A stretch of DNA of 33,031 nucleotides from Candidatus Hermodarchaeota archaeon (GTDB lineage Archaea > Asgardarchaeota > Lokiarchaeia > Sigyniarchaeales > SOKP01), in assembly GCA_048885925.1 (NCBI GenBank), contig JBHLLG010000029.1:1-33031 (forward strand), in the 5' to 3' direction. This document shows, piece by piece, positions 10,301 through 19,569 of this stretch; the first letter of the stretch is position 1; every line of letters begins with the position of its first letter. A program made the position numbers and the translations under genes. The notes beneath the pieces were generated by a model. That model saw only the letters and a list, made by a program, of their open reading frames with translations, was not told where the DNA came from and did not search any database.

Positions 10301-12565
10301 ATGAGGAAAAGTAGAAAGACAATTGGTTGTGTATTATTGTTAAGTATTGTTTTTTCACTGGGTTTGGAATTTTTTTCGTTAAAATTAATAAATAATTCTA
10401 ATGAATCAATTAATGAAAAACAAATAAATAATTCTGCGCAAGAATCATATATAAGACAATGGATAGAAAATCCATATTTCACATCTACAGATAATTGGAC
10501 ATCAAGCAAAGGGTTATTAGGAGATCCTGACGATCTTGAAGCAAGTATAGATATTTCTGAGGAACAAGCTAATTTTCAGGTTATAGGTGAGAAAAGGACA
10601 AAAACAATTGATGATCCAATAAATATCGCCAATAGTGGTAATTGGGAAAAATTCAATAAAACAGAACCAGCAATAAATCCTGATACATGTATTATTGATA
10701 ATAATGGTTTCTATGTGTCACATTCATGGCATGATGCTACAGCTGACCAGTTTGCCAGTGTATATTGGAAATATAATGTTAACATGGATGTAGATATGTC
10801 TGAATATGAAATAACGTCTGCATCTCTTATCGCAATAATGAATGCTACTGTGGATGATAATGTTGACACGCCTACAGATACTACTACAGAAACAAATAAT
10901 GGAGAACAAAATATAAACCAACCAGGAATATATGATCATGCATTCTTTTATGTTGAAATTGCAGATTTAAATGTAGTTAATACCTATAAAATTGCTTATA
11001 ATCAAACAAATGATTTAGGTCGTAATTCTCCTCCTTTATTAAATTATAATGATAAGCAAATTGAACCTTATGGAGATGAGCAAGATTTAATTTATTATTT
11101 AAGTAAGATTTTTGAAAACGATCCAGGTCATGATAACTTTACAATAATAGTGGGAATAGAAATTAATTGTGAAGATGATTATACAGGTCAAGATTATGAT
11201 GATTGGACCACGCTTAGAATTAAGTCTATTAATTTGACTTTCACATATGAAAAAAAGATAGATAAATTATCCACTATATCATGGAATCAAGATGCAGATA
11301 AGCCAAATGATATAAGTAACGATACAGTCGTTGTTAATGAGGCTTTACTTGGATTTAAATATAAAATAAATGAAACTTGGCCTTATTCATCCCCAAATTC
11401 TGAAATCAGAATTAATATTAATAACAATAAACATTCAGAAACAATTAAATTAAGTTCTGCTACCACAACCTATCAAGATGCAAAATCAGGGGGATTTGAC
11501 ATGACTTATCTTATAGATGAAGATAAAAACATTAATCTTTCTATTCAAGTATACATCGCTGATGACTTTAAATTAAATCGTACTATTGAAATCTCTATTG
11601 ATGATGTTTATCTTAATATTTCGTATACAATAATTTTTCCAGATTATCAAACCAATTTGCAATTATTTCTAAATGGTGAGGATAAGACACTTTCTCCTTC
11701 TATTACGATTCCCATTGGTCAAAATCTAACTATCACTGTAAAATATACTAATCAAACAGGTGACCATATATCAGGAGCAGAAATTCAATTAACTGGAGTA
11801 GGAATTATAAAGGATTTGAAAGAATTAGGAAATAATTATTCAGTTAGCATCAATACTACCCAAGAATTAAGTATAGGAACAAATTATTTAAATATTGAAG
11901 CTACAAAAACAAATTTTCAAACTAAGTTAATTAATCCAACGATCATCGTGAGAAAAATATATACAGAAGTCATTACAGTATCTGGAGAACCAACAATTGA
12001 TATCGATGTGGGAGAAGATGTTCAATTAGAGATTATGTTAAATGATACAGATAATGATGAATTGATAAGGGGTGCTATAATCACTTATACTTGGGACTTA
12101 GATGCTGTTCCTAGGGTTTTAACAGAAAATAATGGAATATATGAAGGTGAGATTGAAAATCCACCAGAAGGTCTCTACACAATAAGAATTTCGGTATATG
12201 CTGGTGATAATTATGAATTTGAGGATTTTGAAATTACCTTAAATGTGGAAGCTTATGTTCCTAGCCCTCAACCTGATTTGGGTTGGGTAATATATATTCT
12301 AATTGGTGCAATCTTAGGTTTGGTTATAATCTTTACTCTATACCAAACACACTTTAAATATCCTCCGATGGTAAGGAAAATAAGAAAACTAAAGAAAAAA
12401 GTTCAAAAAACTAAAAAGACAAAACCTATCTTAGTGAAACAACGTGAAGAGATTGTTAAAGAAAGTATACAGAGTCAAACCCAATTTTTACATATCGATA
12501 TACTACAGACTGGAGTATTTAAACAAAATGATAAATTATATCTAAAAAAAGAGGAAGAATCATAA
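10301..12565 (+). CDS. Large secreted, membrane-anchored beta-rich surface protein (Ig-like repeats likely)
   Basis: N-terminal basic + hydrophobic signal/TM segment. N/D/T/I-rich ectodomain with many N-x-S/T sequons. C-terminal TM (WVIYILIGAILGLVIIFTLY) followed by a basic tail. Confidence 0.75.
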   Translation: MRKSRKTIGCVLLLSIVFSLGLEFFSLKLINNSNESINEKQINNSAQESYIRQWIENPYFTSTDNWTSSKGLLGDPDDLEASIDISEEQANFQVIGEKRTKTIDDPINIANSGNWEKFNKTEPAINPDTCIIDNNGFYVSHSWHDATADQFASVYWKYNVNMDVDMSEYEITSASLIAIMNATVDDNVDTPTDTTTETNNGEQNINQPGIYDHAFFYVEIADLNVVNTYKIAYNQTNDLGRNSPPLLNYNDKQIEPYGDEQDLIYYLSKIFENDPGHDNFTIIVGIEINCEDDYTGQDYDDWTTLRIKSINLTFTYEKKIDKLSTISWNQDADKPNDISNDTVVVNEALLGFKYKINETWPYSSPNSEIRININNNKHSETIKLSSATTTYQDAKSGGFDMTYLIDEDKNINLSIQVYIADDFKLNRTIEISIDDVYLNISYTIIFPDYQTNLQLFLNGEDKTLSPSITIPIGQNLTITVKYTNQTGDHISGAEIQLTGVGIIKDLKELGNNYSVSINTTQELSIGTNYLNIEATKTNFQTKLINPTIIVRKIYTEVITVSGEPTIDIDVGEDVQLEIMLNDTDNDELIRGAIITYTWDLDAVPRVLTENNGIYEGEIENPPEGLYTIRISVYAGDNYEFEDFEITLNVEAYVPSPQPDLGWVIYILIGAILGLVIIFTLYQTHFKYPPMVRKIRKLKKKVQKTKKTKPILVKQREEIVKESIQSQTQFLHIDILQTGVFKQNDKLYLKKEEES

Positions 12566-13693
12566 ATGGTACATGGTTTTATTATTACAGAATGGACTGA
12601 AGACAAGGGTTTAATTGTTAAACTGAGTTATCCAGAAGATCTTAAGATTGATTTAGACGATATGATGCGAATTTTTTATGCGCATATTACCGGTGCGGGA
12701 GCTGCAGGAAATGTTTTAGTACGATTAGAAAAAGCACGATCAAATGTTTGGAGCTACTTTACTGGTTTGGAATCTGATATGCCGCTAATGATAAATTTAA
12801 TGTTAGAATTGGGAGAGGATCCTGAGATATTCGGTGAAACTGTATTAAATGAGGTTAATCAAGATGTAATTAATTACTTAAGACAAATGAGCACTAATGT
12901 ATCGGAAAGTTATGAAATTGTAAAAACGATAAAGCTATATCTAAAAAACACATTAATTCTCTTAGATCGCTTAAAGAACTTATCAAAAGAGCAAAGGTTA
13001 GCACAAATTTATAGTAGTGAAAAAGCCCGGACTATATTGGAAGCTTTACAGGAAAGACCATTATTTAGAAGGGAACTGCAAGGGATTATAGAGGACAAAT
13101 TACAAAAAATAATTCCAAATATCGAATATGTTTTGGATCCTTTTATCAAAACTGGTTTAATAATGCAAGATTGGGTTGAAGGTGATACAGATATAACCCT
13201 ATTTCTTCTAACAGATTTTGTTATCTTTAGAAGTCCAGTAGCTAAATTAGTTGAGGATGCTAAGAAAAATATTCCAACTCAAGAAGTTGCAACTAAATAT
13301 CTAGAAGAAGTTAATAATTTTTTCAAGGATTACAGGCGAAGCTTTGAGGATAATTTAAAGATTGCTCAAATTCTAATGAATCCAGATAACTATGATTATA
13401 TTACATTATTCCGGGAAAGAGCATATCCATTAAATAAAATTCCTAAAGCTCCTGGAGAGAGTATAGATCAAGTTGGAAGTTTCTTGAAAGCACTAGAAAA
13501 TGATAACATTATTAAGTTAATAAAAGATAGTAAAGATACTTTATGGGTATTCTTGTTAACAGATATTACTGTTCAAACCTTTTATCCTGAGTATTTAATT
13601 GAAAATATTCGAAAAGATCGTATGGAAGGAAAATTAAAAAAGGAAGTAGCAATAAAACATTTAGAGTTTCTCGAAAAAGCATATAAAAAGTAA
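12566..13693 (+). CDS. Longin/uDENN-like N-terminal domain + winged-helix region
   Basis: N-terminus paralogous to 6106..7152. ARTILEALQERPLFRRELQGIIE...VLDPFIKTGLI reads as a wHTH. The start directly abuts the upstream stop. Confidence 0.6.
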   Translation: MVHGFIITEWTEDKGLIVKLSYPEDLKIDLDDMMRIFYAHITGAGAAGNVLVRLEKARSNVWSYFTGLESDMPLMINLMLELGEDPEIFGETVLNEVNQDVINYLRQMSTNVSESYEIVKTIKLYLKNTLILLDRLKNLSKEQRLAQIYSSEKARTILEALQERPLFRRELQGIIEDKLQKIIPNIEYVLDPFIKTGLIMQDWVEGDTDITLFLLTDFVIFRSPVAKLVEDAKKNIPTQEVATKYLEEVNNFFKDYRRSFEDNLKIAQILMNPDNYDYITLFRERAYPLNKIPKAPGESIDQVGSFLKALENDNIIKLIKDSKDTLWVFLLTDITVQTFYPEYLIENIRKDRMEGKLKKEVAIKHLEFLEKAYKK

Positions 13694-13700
13694 AAAGGAT

Positions 13701-15623
13701 GTGATGATTAATTTGTCAGGCAGGGAAGACTCAGCAACGAAGCAAGTTTTAGAACTAATTGGTCTAGCTCAAGATGAGGTTGATACATATTATAAAATAA
13801 CAGGCAGAGGTCCTGTCATGATTGGTGAAATTGCTCTTCTTGCTAGTGTTCCTGAAGATCGAGCCGTAGAAATTGCAAATAATTTACATCAAAAAGGTCT
13901 TCTTAAACAAATTCCAGGAAAAACACCAATTTATGAGGCTTTACCTCCATATGCTGCTCTTGTCAGTCAAATCCATCAGTTCAAAGAAGCAATACAATCA
14001 TTTCAAAAAATTGCACCCCAAAACATACAAGTAAAATTCGATTCCTTAGAGCAGCACTCTGCAAAGCTAAAAAAGTTGGATGACTATCGAACTTACCTAC
14101 AAATAATGAAGGAAAAATTACCTGCTCAAATAAAGAGTCAATTTGACCGATTTGAAAATGAACTTGAACAGGTTAAAAGATTCCGAGATGTTAGAAGTTT
14201 TATAATAAACTTAAAGGAAATTGTTCCTGCTGATATAACTAGAGATTTTGAAGCTATGGCAACTCGATTAGATTCAGTGAAATCAGAGATTGCAACTAGA
14301 TTCGAAAAGCAATTTAGAATAGGAGCACTGAGTAGTATGGCTGAAAAAATAGTTTCTAAAGTAATTGAAGAGCAATTTGCAGAAATTACGAAATCTTTCA
14401 GAGATAAATTTGTTCAAACTACACAGAATATGTTAGATCAAGTCACAAATCAATTGGGAAGCCTTACCAGTACTGCCGGAGAAATTAGCACTGATCTGGG
14501 GAGCGTTTTTGAGGATATAAAGTCAGGAATGGTAAATACATTAGAAGATTTAGAAAATAGAGTTTCAGGTGTCTACAATGATATCCTTACAGGAATCCAG
14601 GAATTAAAGGATCTCTTCAAAAAGGAAATATTTGAATCAATACAAGATGATATAATTTATAATATTATAAATCAGTTGACTAGTGCCGAGTTAACGATGA
14701 ATGAATTTTGGGAGCGTTCGAAGAAAGCTTCATTATTAAGTTTTAAAGATGTTTGGTTTGTAAGAAGCGTTGAAGGAATGATGGCACAAATCAATGCATC
14801 TTTATCAAGAGTTAAAATGCGAGTTCATATTGTGGCTCCAAAATTACAAAATATTGATTTAATTGCATTAACAAAACTCCAAAAACATATTAATATTAGG
14901 ATATCTACAAATTTCGATTTAAAAAATCCTGAAGATCAATCAAGGTTTAAACAATTAGAAGATTATTCCAATATGACTATAAGACATTATGGCAGAGAGA
15001 ACTTATGGTCAATTAACAAAGATTTCGAAGAAGTAGTAGTATGTGTCGTATCGAAAAAAGAAGAGGGAGAAATTGAAATAGCTGGAATGGGTTCAGTATT
15101 AGAAGAGCATGTAAAATTATTTGCTGCTGTATTAGAGGATGTTTGGATTCAAAGCAAAAAATATGAACAGGTAGAGATTACTAAAGCAATAAAACAAGCT
15201 CCTACACCAAGTGTTGTACAATCTCAATTCCAAGAACCACAAATTCCATCAACATCAAAAGTTACTCCACAAATTCCTCCTAAACCTATTCCAACACCTT
15301 TAGAACCTCAAAGATCTCAGATATCACCTGAAAAATTTTCACCCGAGATTCAATCAACAACGAGAATAGGCTCAGATGCTTTTATTTCAACTCAATTTGA
15401 TAATATATCAGGAAAAATTGATACCTTACCTGGTGAACATATTGCTCCACTTTTAGAAAGATTACAAGATGATATACTGGAGAAAAAAGGATTCAGTGCT
15501 GTTCTAAGGCAAATAAGAATGGCTATTGATTCTCTAAAAGGCAATAAGAATTTGCTAAATAACACTGAAAAAGAAGAATTGAGAAGTAAAATTAGTTTTT
15601 GGAGAAGTAAGTTAAATATCTAA
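13701..15623 (+). CDS. TrmB-type HTH + long helical/coiled-coil insert + PLD-like/TrmB effector-type domain + Pro-rich linker + C-terminal helical domain
   Basis: LIGLAQDEVDTY...IGEIALLASV...LHQKGLLKQIPGKTPIYEALPP is a TrmB-like N-terminus. VWFVRSVEG...RVHIVAP...INIRIST resembles the TrmB middle domain. P/Q/S/T-rich stretch near aa 500-550. Confidence 0.65.
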   Translation: MMINLSGREDSATKQVLELIGLAQDEVDTYYKITGRGPVMIGEIALLASVPEDRAVEIANNLHQKGLLKQIPGKTPIYEALPPYAALVSQIHQFKEAIQSFQKIAPQNIQVKFDSLEQHSAKLKKLDDYRTYLQIMKEKLPAQIKSQFDRFENELEQVKRFRDVRSFIINLKEIVPADITRDFEAMATRLDSVKSEIATRFEKQFRIGALSSMAEKIVSKVIEEQFAEITKSFRDKFVQTTQNMLDQVTNQLGSLTSTAGEISTDLGSVFEDIKSGMVNTLEDLENRVSGVYNDILTGIQELKDLFKKEIFESIQDDIIYNIINQLTSAELTMNEFWERSKKASLLSFKDVWFVRSVEGMMAQINASLSRVKMRVHIVAPKLQNIDLIALTKLQKHINIRISTNFDLKNPEDQSRFKQLEDYSNMTIRHYGRENLWSINKDFEEVVVCVVSKKEEGEIEIAGMGSVLEEHVKLFAAVLEDVWIQSKKYEQVEITKAIKQAPTPSVVQSQFQEPQIPSTSKVTPQIPPKPIPTPLEPQRSQISPEKFSPEIQSTTRIGSDAFISTQFDNISGKIDTLPGEHIAPLLERLQDDILEKKGFSAVLRQIRMAIDSLKGNKNLLNNTEKEELRSKISFWRSKLNI

Positions 15624-15782
15624 CTTTAAATTATTTTAATTTTTCTCCTTATTATTCGAAAATAAGATTTTTTAAACTTTTTTTAGGATATGAATTAATT
15701 TAAATCATATTTTTAAAAAAAATAATTCCCTTATTTTAATCAAAGATCTATGCTCGGGAAAAAAAGTTTGAGAGAATGAAAA

Positions 15783-16154
15783 ATGAATAAGGATAATAGA
15801 TATTCAATAGATTTGGAAATAAAATATAAACCCTTAGAGATTATTGATATTCCAAAAATAATAAAGAAATGTACCAAAAAATGGCAGAATGTTTCCCTGT
15901 GTAGTATTAATGATTCTGTTGTGAGATTAGCAGTTATTGAAGGAGAATTCCATTGGCATAAACATGAAAAAGAAGATGAATTCTTTTTTGTTATCGAAGG
16001 ATTACTTATAATTGATTTGGAAGAAAAAATAATCGAGTTAAAAACTAAACAGGGTTTTACTGTTCCAAAAGGAATAATGCATAGAACAAGAGCCCCATCT
16101 CGCACATCAGTTTTAGTGATAGAAAAAAGCACTATTAAACCAACGGGAGATTGA
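15783..16154 (+). CDS. Cupin domain protein
   Basis: GEFHWHKHEKEDEFFFVIEG and FTVPKGIMHR cupin motifs. Confidence 0.9.
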   Translation: MNKDNRYSIDLEIKYKPLEIIDIPKIIKKCTKKWQNVSLCSINDSVVRLAVIEGEFHWHKHEKEDEFFFVIEGLLIIDLEEKIIELKTKQGFTVPKGIMHRTRAPSRTSVLVIEKSTIKPTGD

Positions 16155-16161
16155 AATCACT

Positions 16162-17235
16162 TCAAAATAACAATGGATTTGCAATGTTTAAGTATTTTTC
16201 AATAACTTCAAATATATCCTCTTTAGAACCAACATATCCAAAAATTTGGTGTTTTGCTTTCCCATGAGATGCTTTTTCAATTGTTTCAAATCTGTTTAAT
16301 TGTAGCTCAATCTCTCCATAATTTAAAATTGGTTTTTCTGGTGATTCAGAATTATATGATTGAATAACACCTATCTCAGCATTAGGATGATCTCTAGCAA
16401 CATCGAAACAATCATTTTGATATCTCGGAATATCATTAGAAAGTTTAACTAAAAATCCATATTCCTCGCTATCAGGCATTTTTAGCATATAACCTATTTT
16501 TGCGTGTCTTGAAAAATCGATATCTTCAGGTCTTATAGCCAACTTATAAATCTCATCAACATCGATCTTATAAGCAACGTAATTCTCTTCGATTTTCAAA
16601 CGATTTTCCGGGATTTTACGAAAATAAGATATTGGCTTTGGATTCGATTTAGTTGGCACTAAAACAGTTCCCGGATTTTTTGGACCACCACTAATAATAG
16701 TAGCTAAACTCCATCCATTAATTTTAAGATTTGGTGTAAAAAAGATGCAATCATCCAAAAATTCTATTCCAATATGATTGATACCAGTAGAAAAAGGTTC
16801 TTTAATGAGTTTAAATTGTCTCGTAATTTCTCCTTGATATCCCTGCTTGGTTCTTTGATTTAATACAAAAATATTACTTGAAACAGTGCATGATGTATCT
16901 GAACTTGCTAAGATTTCGTAATTTGCGGGATCTAATGAAGTTGGACAATACCAATCCTTAAAATTCTCAGGATCTTTGTAAAAGAAATCTCGCTCAGGAC
17001 TTATCCAATATCTATCCCCGCCAATTGCTCTGTTCCTTGTTTTTATTGTTCTATTAATTTTTGGATTTATCCATAATAGGCTATAGCAATCTTGTTTTGG
17101 AAAAATACCTAAAAGACGACCACCAAACTCTGAAATGATCGCAGATGCCTCTCCTAACTTTAAATCAATAAGATTAGTTAGGGTTCCAACCGTAGATTGT
17201 AAGATCTCTTTTGTAAAATAATTCATATTTAACAA
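16162..17235 (-). CDS. Conserved hypothetical protein, possibly galactose-mutarotase-like beta-sandwich (DUF6786/DUF4380-like)
   Basis: GGRLLGI...LLWIN...GGDRYWISPE pattern recalled from such families; uncertain. May start at the ATG at codon 4. Confidence 0.5.
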   Translation of the reverse strand: MLNMNYFTKEILQSTVGTLTNLIDLKLGEASAIISEFGGRLLGIFPKQDCYSLLWINPKINRTIKTRNRAIGGDRYWISPERDFFYKDPENFKDWYCPTSLDPANYEILASSDTSCTVSSNIFVLNQRTKQGYQGEITRQFKLIKEPFSTGINHIGIEFLDDCIFFTPNLKINGWSLATIISGGPKNPGTVLVPTKSNPKPISYFRKIPENRLKIEENYVAYKIDVDEIYKLAIRPEDIDFSRHAKIGYMLKMPDSEEYGFLVKLSNDIPRYQNDCFDVARDHPNAEIGVIQSYNSESPEKPILNYGEIELQLNRFETIEKASHGKAKHQIFGYVGSKEDIFEVIEKYLNIANPLLF

Positions 17236-17406
17236 TAATAATCTGTACTACAGATTTAAAATTTTCAAAAAAAAATTATAAGACCCTTCTATATTAAATA
17301 TTTTTCAAAACTTAGTTTCCTTATATTAAAAATTTATTTTTTTTTAAGCGAAAGATTTTTAAAATTCTAAATTAATCTAAAAAATTAACAAATTAGAGGT
17401 AGAAAT

Positions 17407-17775
17407 ATGCCCAAAATAAATCATTTTGAAATCAATGCTGATGATCCTAAAAGAGCAAAAACCTTTTATGAAAATGTTTTTAATTGGAAAATTGAAAAAT
17501 GGGAGGGTCCACTCGAATACTGGCTTATTAAAGCTGGCGACGATGATGAACCTGGTATTAATGGGGGATTACAAAAAAGGGAGAATAAGGAGGACTCTAT
17601 AACTACTTATATTGGTGTGAAATCTGTTGATGAGACAATTAAAAAAATAAAACAAAGTGGTGGAAAAATTGTCAAACCTAAAACTCCCATTCCTAGTGTA
17701 GGATATTATGCAATTTTTAAAGATACAGAAGATAATAGGTTAGATATCATGGAAGAAGATGAAAATGCAAAATAA
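17407..17775 (+). CDS. VOC/glyoxalase family protein
   Basis: INHFEINADDPKRAKTFYENVFNW, GINGGL and GYYAIFKDTEDN. GAGGT SD. Confidence 0.9.
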   Translation: MPKINHFEINADDPKRAKTFYENVFNWKIEKWEGPLEYWLIKAGDDDEPGINGGLQKRENKEDSITTYIGVKSVDETIKKIKQSGGKIVKPKTPIPSVGYYAIFKDTEDNRLDIMEEDENAK

Positions 17776-17815
17776 AATTTATAGACAACTATTTTTTTTT
17801 ATTCAATTTCAAAAG

Positions 17816-18280
17816 TTAGCAAGGTTCTAATTTTATACCACAGCATTCACACAAGTTTTCGAGATTTTCAATATAGTTTAACATTGAATTGTACCATTTA
17901 TCTAATAACTTCTTAAATTCTCTTTTTATTGAATCTATGTTTTTTGCATTATAGATATAAAGATATCCCTGTTTTTTGTCATTTTCTGTCTTATGAGTTT
18001 TATTATAATCTTTCATTGATATTGATTTTCGTTTAATGAGTTTTAATCTTAACAAGCTTTTAACAGCTTTTTGAATTGAGCTCCTATCCATTTCAATTTT
18101 TTCAGTTAACTGAGATGTGGTTAAATCTTGATTTTTTAAAAGAACACAAAAAATTTTAGATTCTATTTCATTCAAACCGAGGATGCATTTAAATAATTCT
18201 TGACTTGAATATGATTCTTTTTTCTCTAAGATATTGTTTATCTTCCCAAAACCTTTTAGTTGTTTATCTATTATTTCCAA
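17816..18280 (-). CDS. TrmB/MarR-like HTH transcriptional regulator with a C-terminal Cys cluster
   Basis: KCILGLNEIESKIF...LTEKIEMDRSSIQKAVKSLLRLKLIKR and GYLYIY. C-terminus is LCECCGIKLEPC. AAGGTG SD 7 nt before the TTG. Confidence 0.8.
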   Translation of the reverse strand: MEIIDKQLKGFGKINNILEKKESYSSQELFKCILGLNEIESKIFCVLLKNQDLTTSQLTEKIEMDRSSIQKAVKSLLRLKLIKRKSISMKDYNKTHKTENDKKQGYLYIYNAKNIDSIKREFKKLLDKWYNSMLNYIENLENLCECCGIKLEPC

Positions 18281-18337
18281 TTATATACACCTTATAATTA
18301 TTAAATAATTAAAGAAAAAAAGAAAGTAAGTAATACT

Positions 18338-18745
18338 TTATTCATTTAGCTTTTCTAAAAGTTGCTTCATTCCATCATAATTCATAGCACCAATAACTTT
18401 ATTTAAAACTTCACCATTTTTTATAAACAAAGTTGTAGGAATGCCAGTTATTCCATATTTCATTGCTGGAACGCTGTTTTCATCAACATTGACCTTGGCA
18501 AAAATAAAATCCTCTTGAAATTCTTCTTGAAGCCTCTTAAAAATTGGTGCAAAAAACATACAAGGACCACACCAAACTGCCCAAAAATCAATGATTATTA
18601 CCTTATCTGGAAAATTCTTTAATAGATTATTAAAATCCTCAGCAGTGTTTAGTTCAACTATGCTTTTCGGCATCGGTTGTTGGTTTATTAAAGCTTCAGC
18701 TTTTTTCATTCTCAGCACTTCTAACTCTTTATCTGTTTCGTTCAT
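18338..18745 (-). CDS. trxA: Thioredoxin with archaeal N-terminal helical extension
   Basis: DFWAVWCGPC active site and GIPTTLF. ATG at 18745 (MNETDKELEVLRMKK) preferred over the GTG at 18775. Confidence 0.92.
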   Translation of the reverse strand: MNETDKELEVLRMKKAEALINQQPMPKSIVELNTAEDFNNLLKNFPDKVIIIDFWAVWCGPCMFFAPIFKRLQEEFQEDFIFAKVNVDENSVPAMKYGITGIPTTLFIKNGEVLNKVIGAMNYDGMKQLLEKLNE

Positions 18746-18924
18746 TTGTTTTTCACTTGTGAAATTTTTTTTCACAACTTTTTAATTATAATATATTTAA
18801 TACAGTATTTAAAAGTGATTGTAGTGCGAGAAAGTTCACTACTTTCCTAATTATTTTCAGTTATATTTTCAAGTAATAGAACAACAGATTGAAATGGGGT
18901 ATTAAAATAAATAAGAGAAAAAAA

Positions 18925-19005
18925 TCCTAGAAGTAATAATTAACTTCTAGGACAATGATATGGAAAAGAAAAGATGATAAAATAAATTTATCACTGTGAT
19001 GGTGA
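18925..19005. repeat. Copy 1 of a ~80-bp hairpin-containing repeat
   Basis: TCCTAGAAGT-aataatta-ACTTCTAGGA, then AATGATATGGAAAAGAAAAGATGATAAA, then TATCACTGTGATGGT. Confidence 0.9.
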
Positions 19006-19315
19006 AAAAAACACTAATGAATTGTTTCTCAGATTATTATTTAGCTTTTCTATCTAAATTATGGATAAATTAAAAAACGAAAATCTTCTATTTAAATATT
19101 TTTTGAAATTGTTTTAGGAAATTCATTTTTTCCACATATCAAAATATTATGTAGTTCTTGATCATTCCAAATTTTCAATATATTGAAAAAAATAAGTCTT
19201 ATTTTGACATTCCAACATATCAAGATTTTGTGATTTTTTAGGAGAACTAAGCTGTCTCAAATGCAATTTTCATAAATCCCTTTATAATAGGAAAAAAAAT
19301 GTCTAATTAATCAAG

Positions 19316-19395
19316 TATCCTAGAAGTATAAACTTCTAGGATAATGATATGGAAAAGAAAAGATGATAAATTAGTCTATGACCATGATAGTTCAA
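19316..19395. repeat. Copy 2 of the ~80-bp hairpin-containing repeat
   Basis: TATCCTAGAAGT-ataa-ACTTCTAGGATA, the identical 28-mer at 19343-19370, then TATGACCATGATAGT. Confidence 0.9.
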
Positions 19396-19416
19396 TATCT
19401 CGGAATTTATAATTCA

Positions 19417-19566
19417 CTATTCTTTAATATCAAATTTTGATTGCTCCTCTAATTCCACTTGCCAAAATTCGTCCTTTTCACATTTTTTACAAATTGCTAC
19501 TGAATTAGTAAAATCTAATTTCATTACATTCCCACATTTTATACATTTTATCTTTATCTTGCTTAT
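19417..19566 (-). CDS. Unannotated 49-aa zinc-ribbon microprotein, copy 1 (putative ATA start)
   Basis: Manual translation: (I/M)SKIKIKCIKCGNVMKLDFTNSVAICKKCEKDEFWQVELEEQSKFDIKE*. 33/49 identical to 26018..26167. Confidence 0.75.
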   Translation of the reverse strand: MSKIKIKCIKCGNVMKLDFTNSVAICKKCEKDEFWQVELEEQSKFDIKE

Positions 19567-19569
19567 CTC

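Noticed and set aside
7614-10939. ORFs 7614..7835, 8365..8646, 9401..9760, 9830..10057, 10294..10509 and 10724..10939
   Set aside because: Antisense shadows of well-supported genes, with no motifs.
18823-18845. Possible fifth phased operator (AGTGC...AGTTC...ACTTT) upstream of thioredoxin
   Set aside because: Spacing is 10/8 rather than 11/7, and the orientation is opposite to the adjacent gene.
19092-19223. Minus-strand 43-codon TTG ORF (LICWNVKIRL...KIWND...LICGK) between the two repeats
   Set aside because: No clear SD or start and incomplete Cys pairs. It may be a decayed small gene but cannot be supported without homologues.
18925-19395. Hairpin repeats as a CRISPR array or a SECIS element
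   Set aside because: Only two copies 393 bp apart and no cas genes. The ATGA lies outside a SECIS-like stem, and no adjacent gene shows a plausible in-frame TGA readthrough.
18955-19412. Micro-ORFs in the repeat copies (plus strand MIWKRKDDK..., minus strand ...YHLFFSISLS*)
   Set aside because: Identity is at the nucleotide level; frame and length are not conserved beyond the shared block, so non-coding constraint is simpler.
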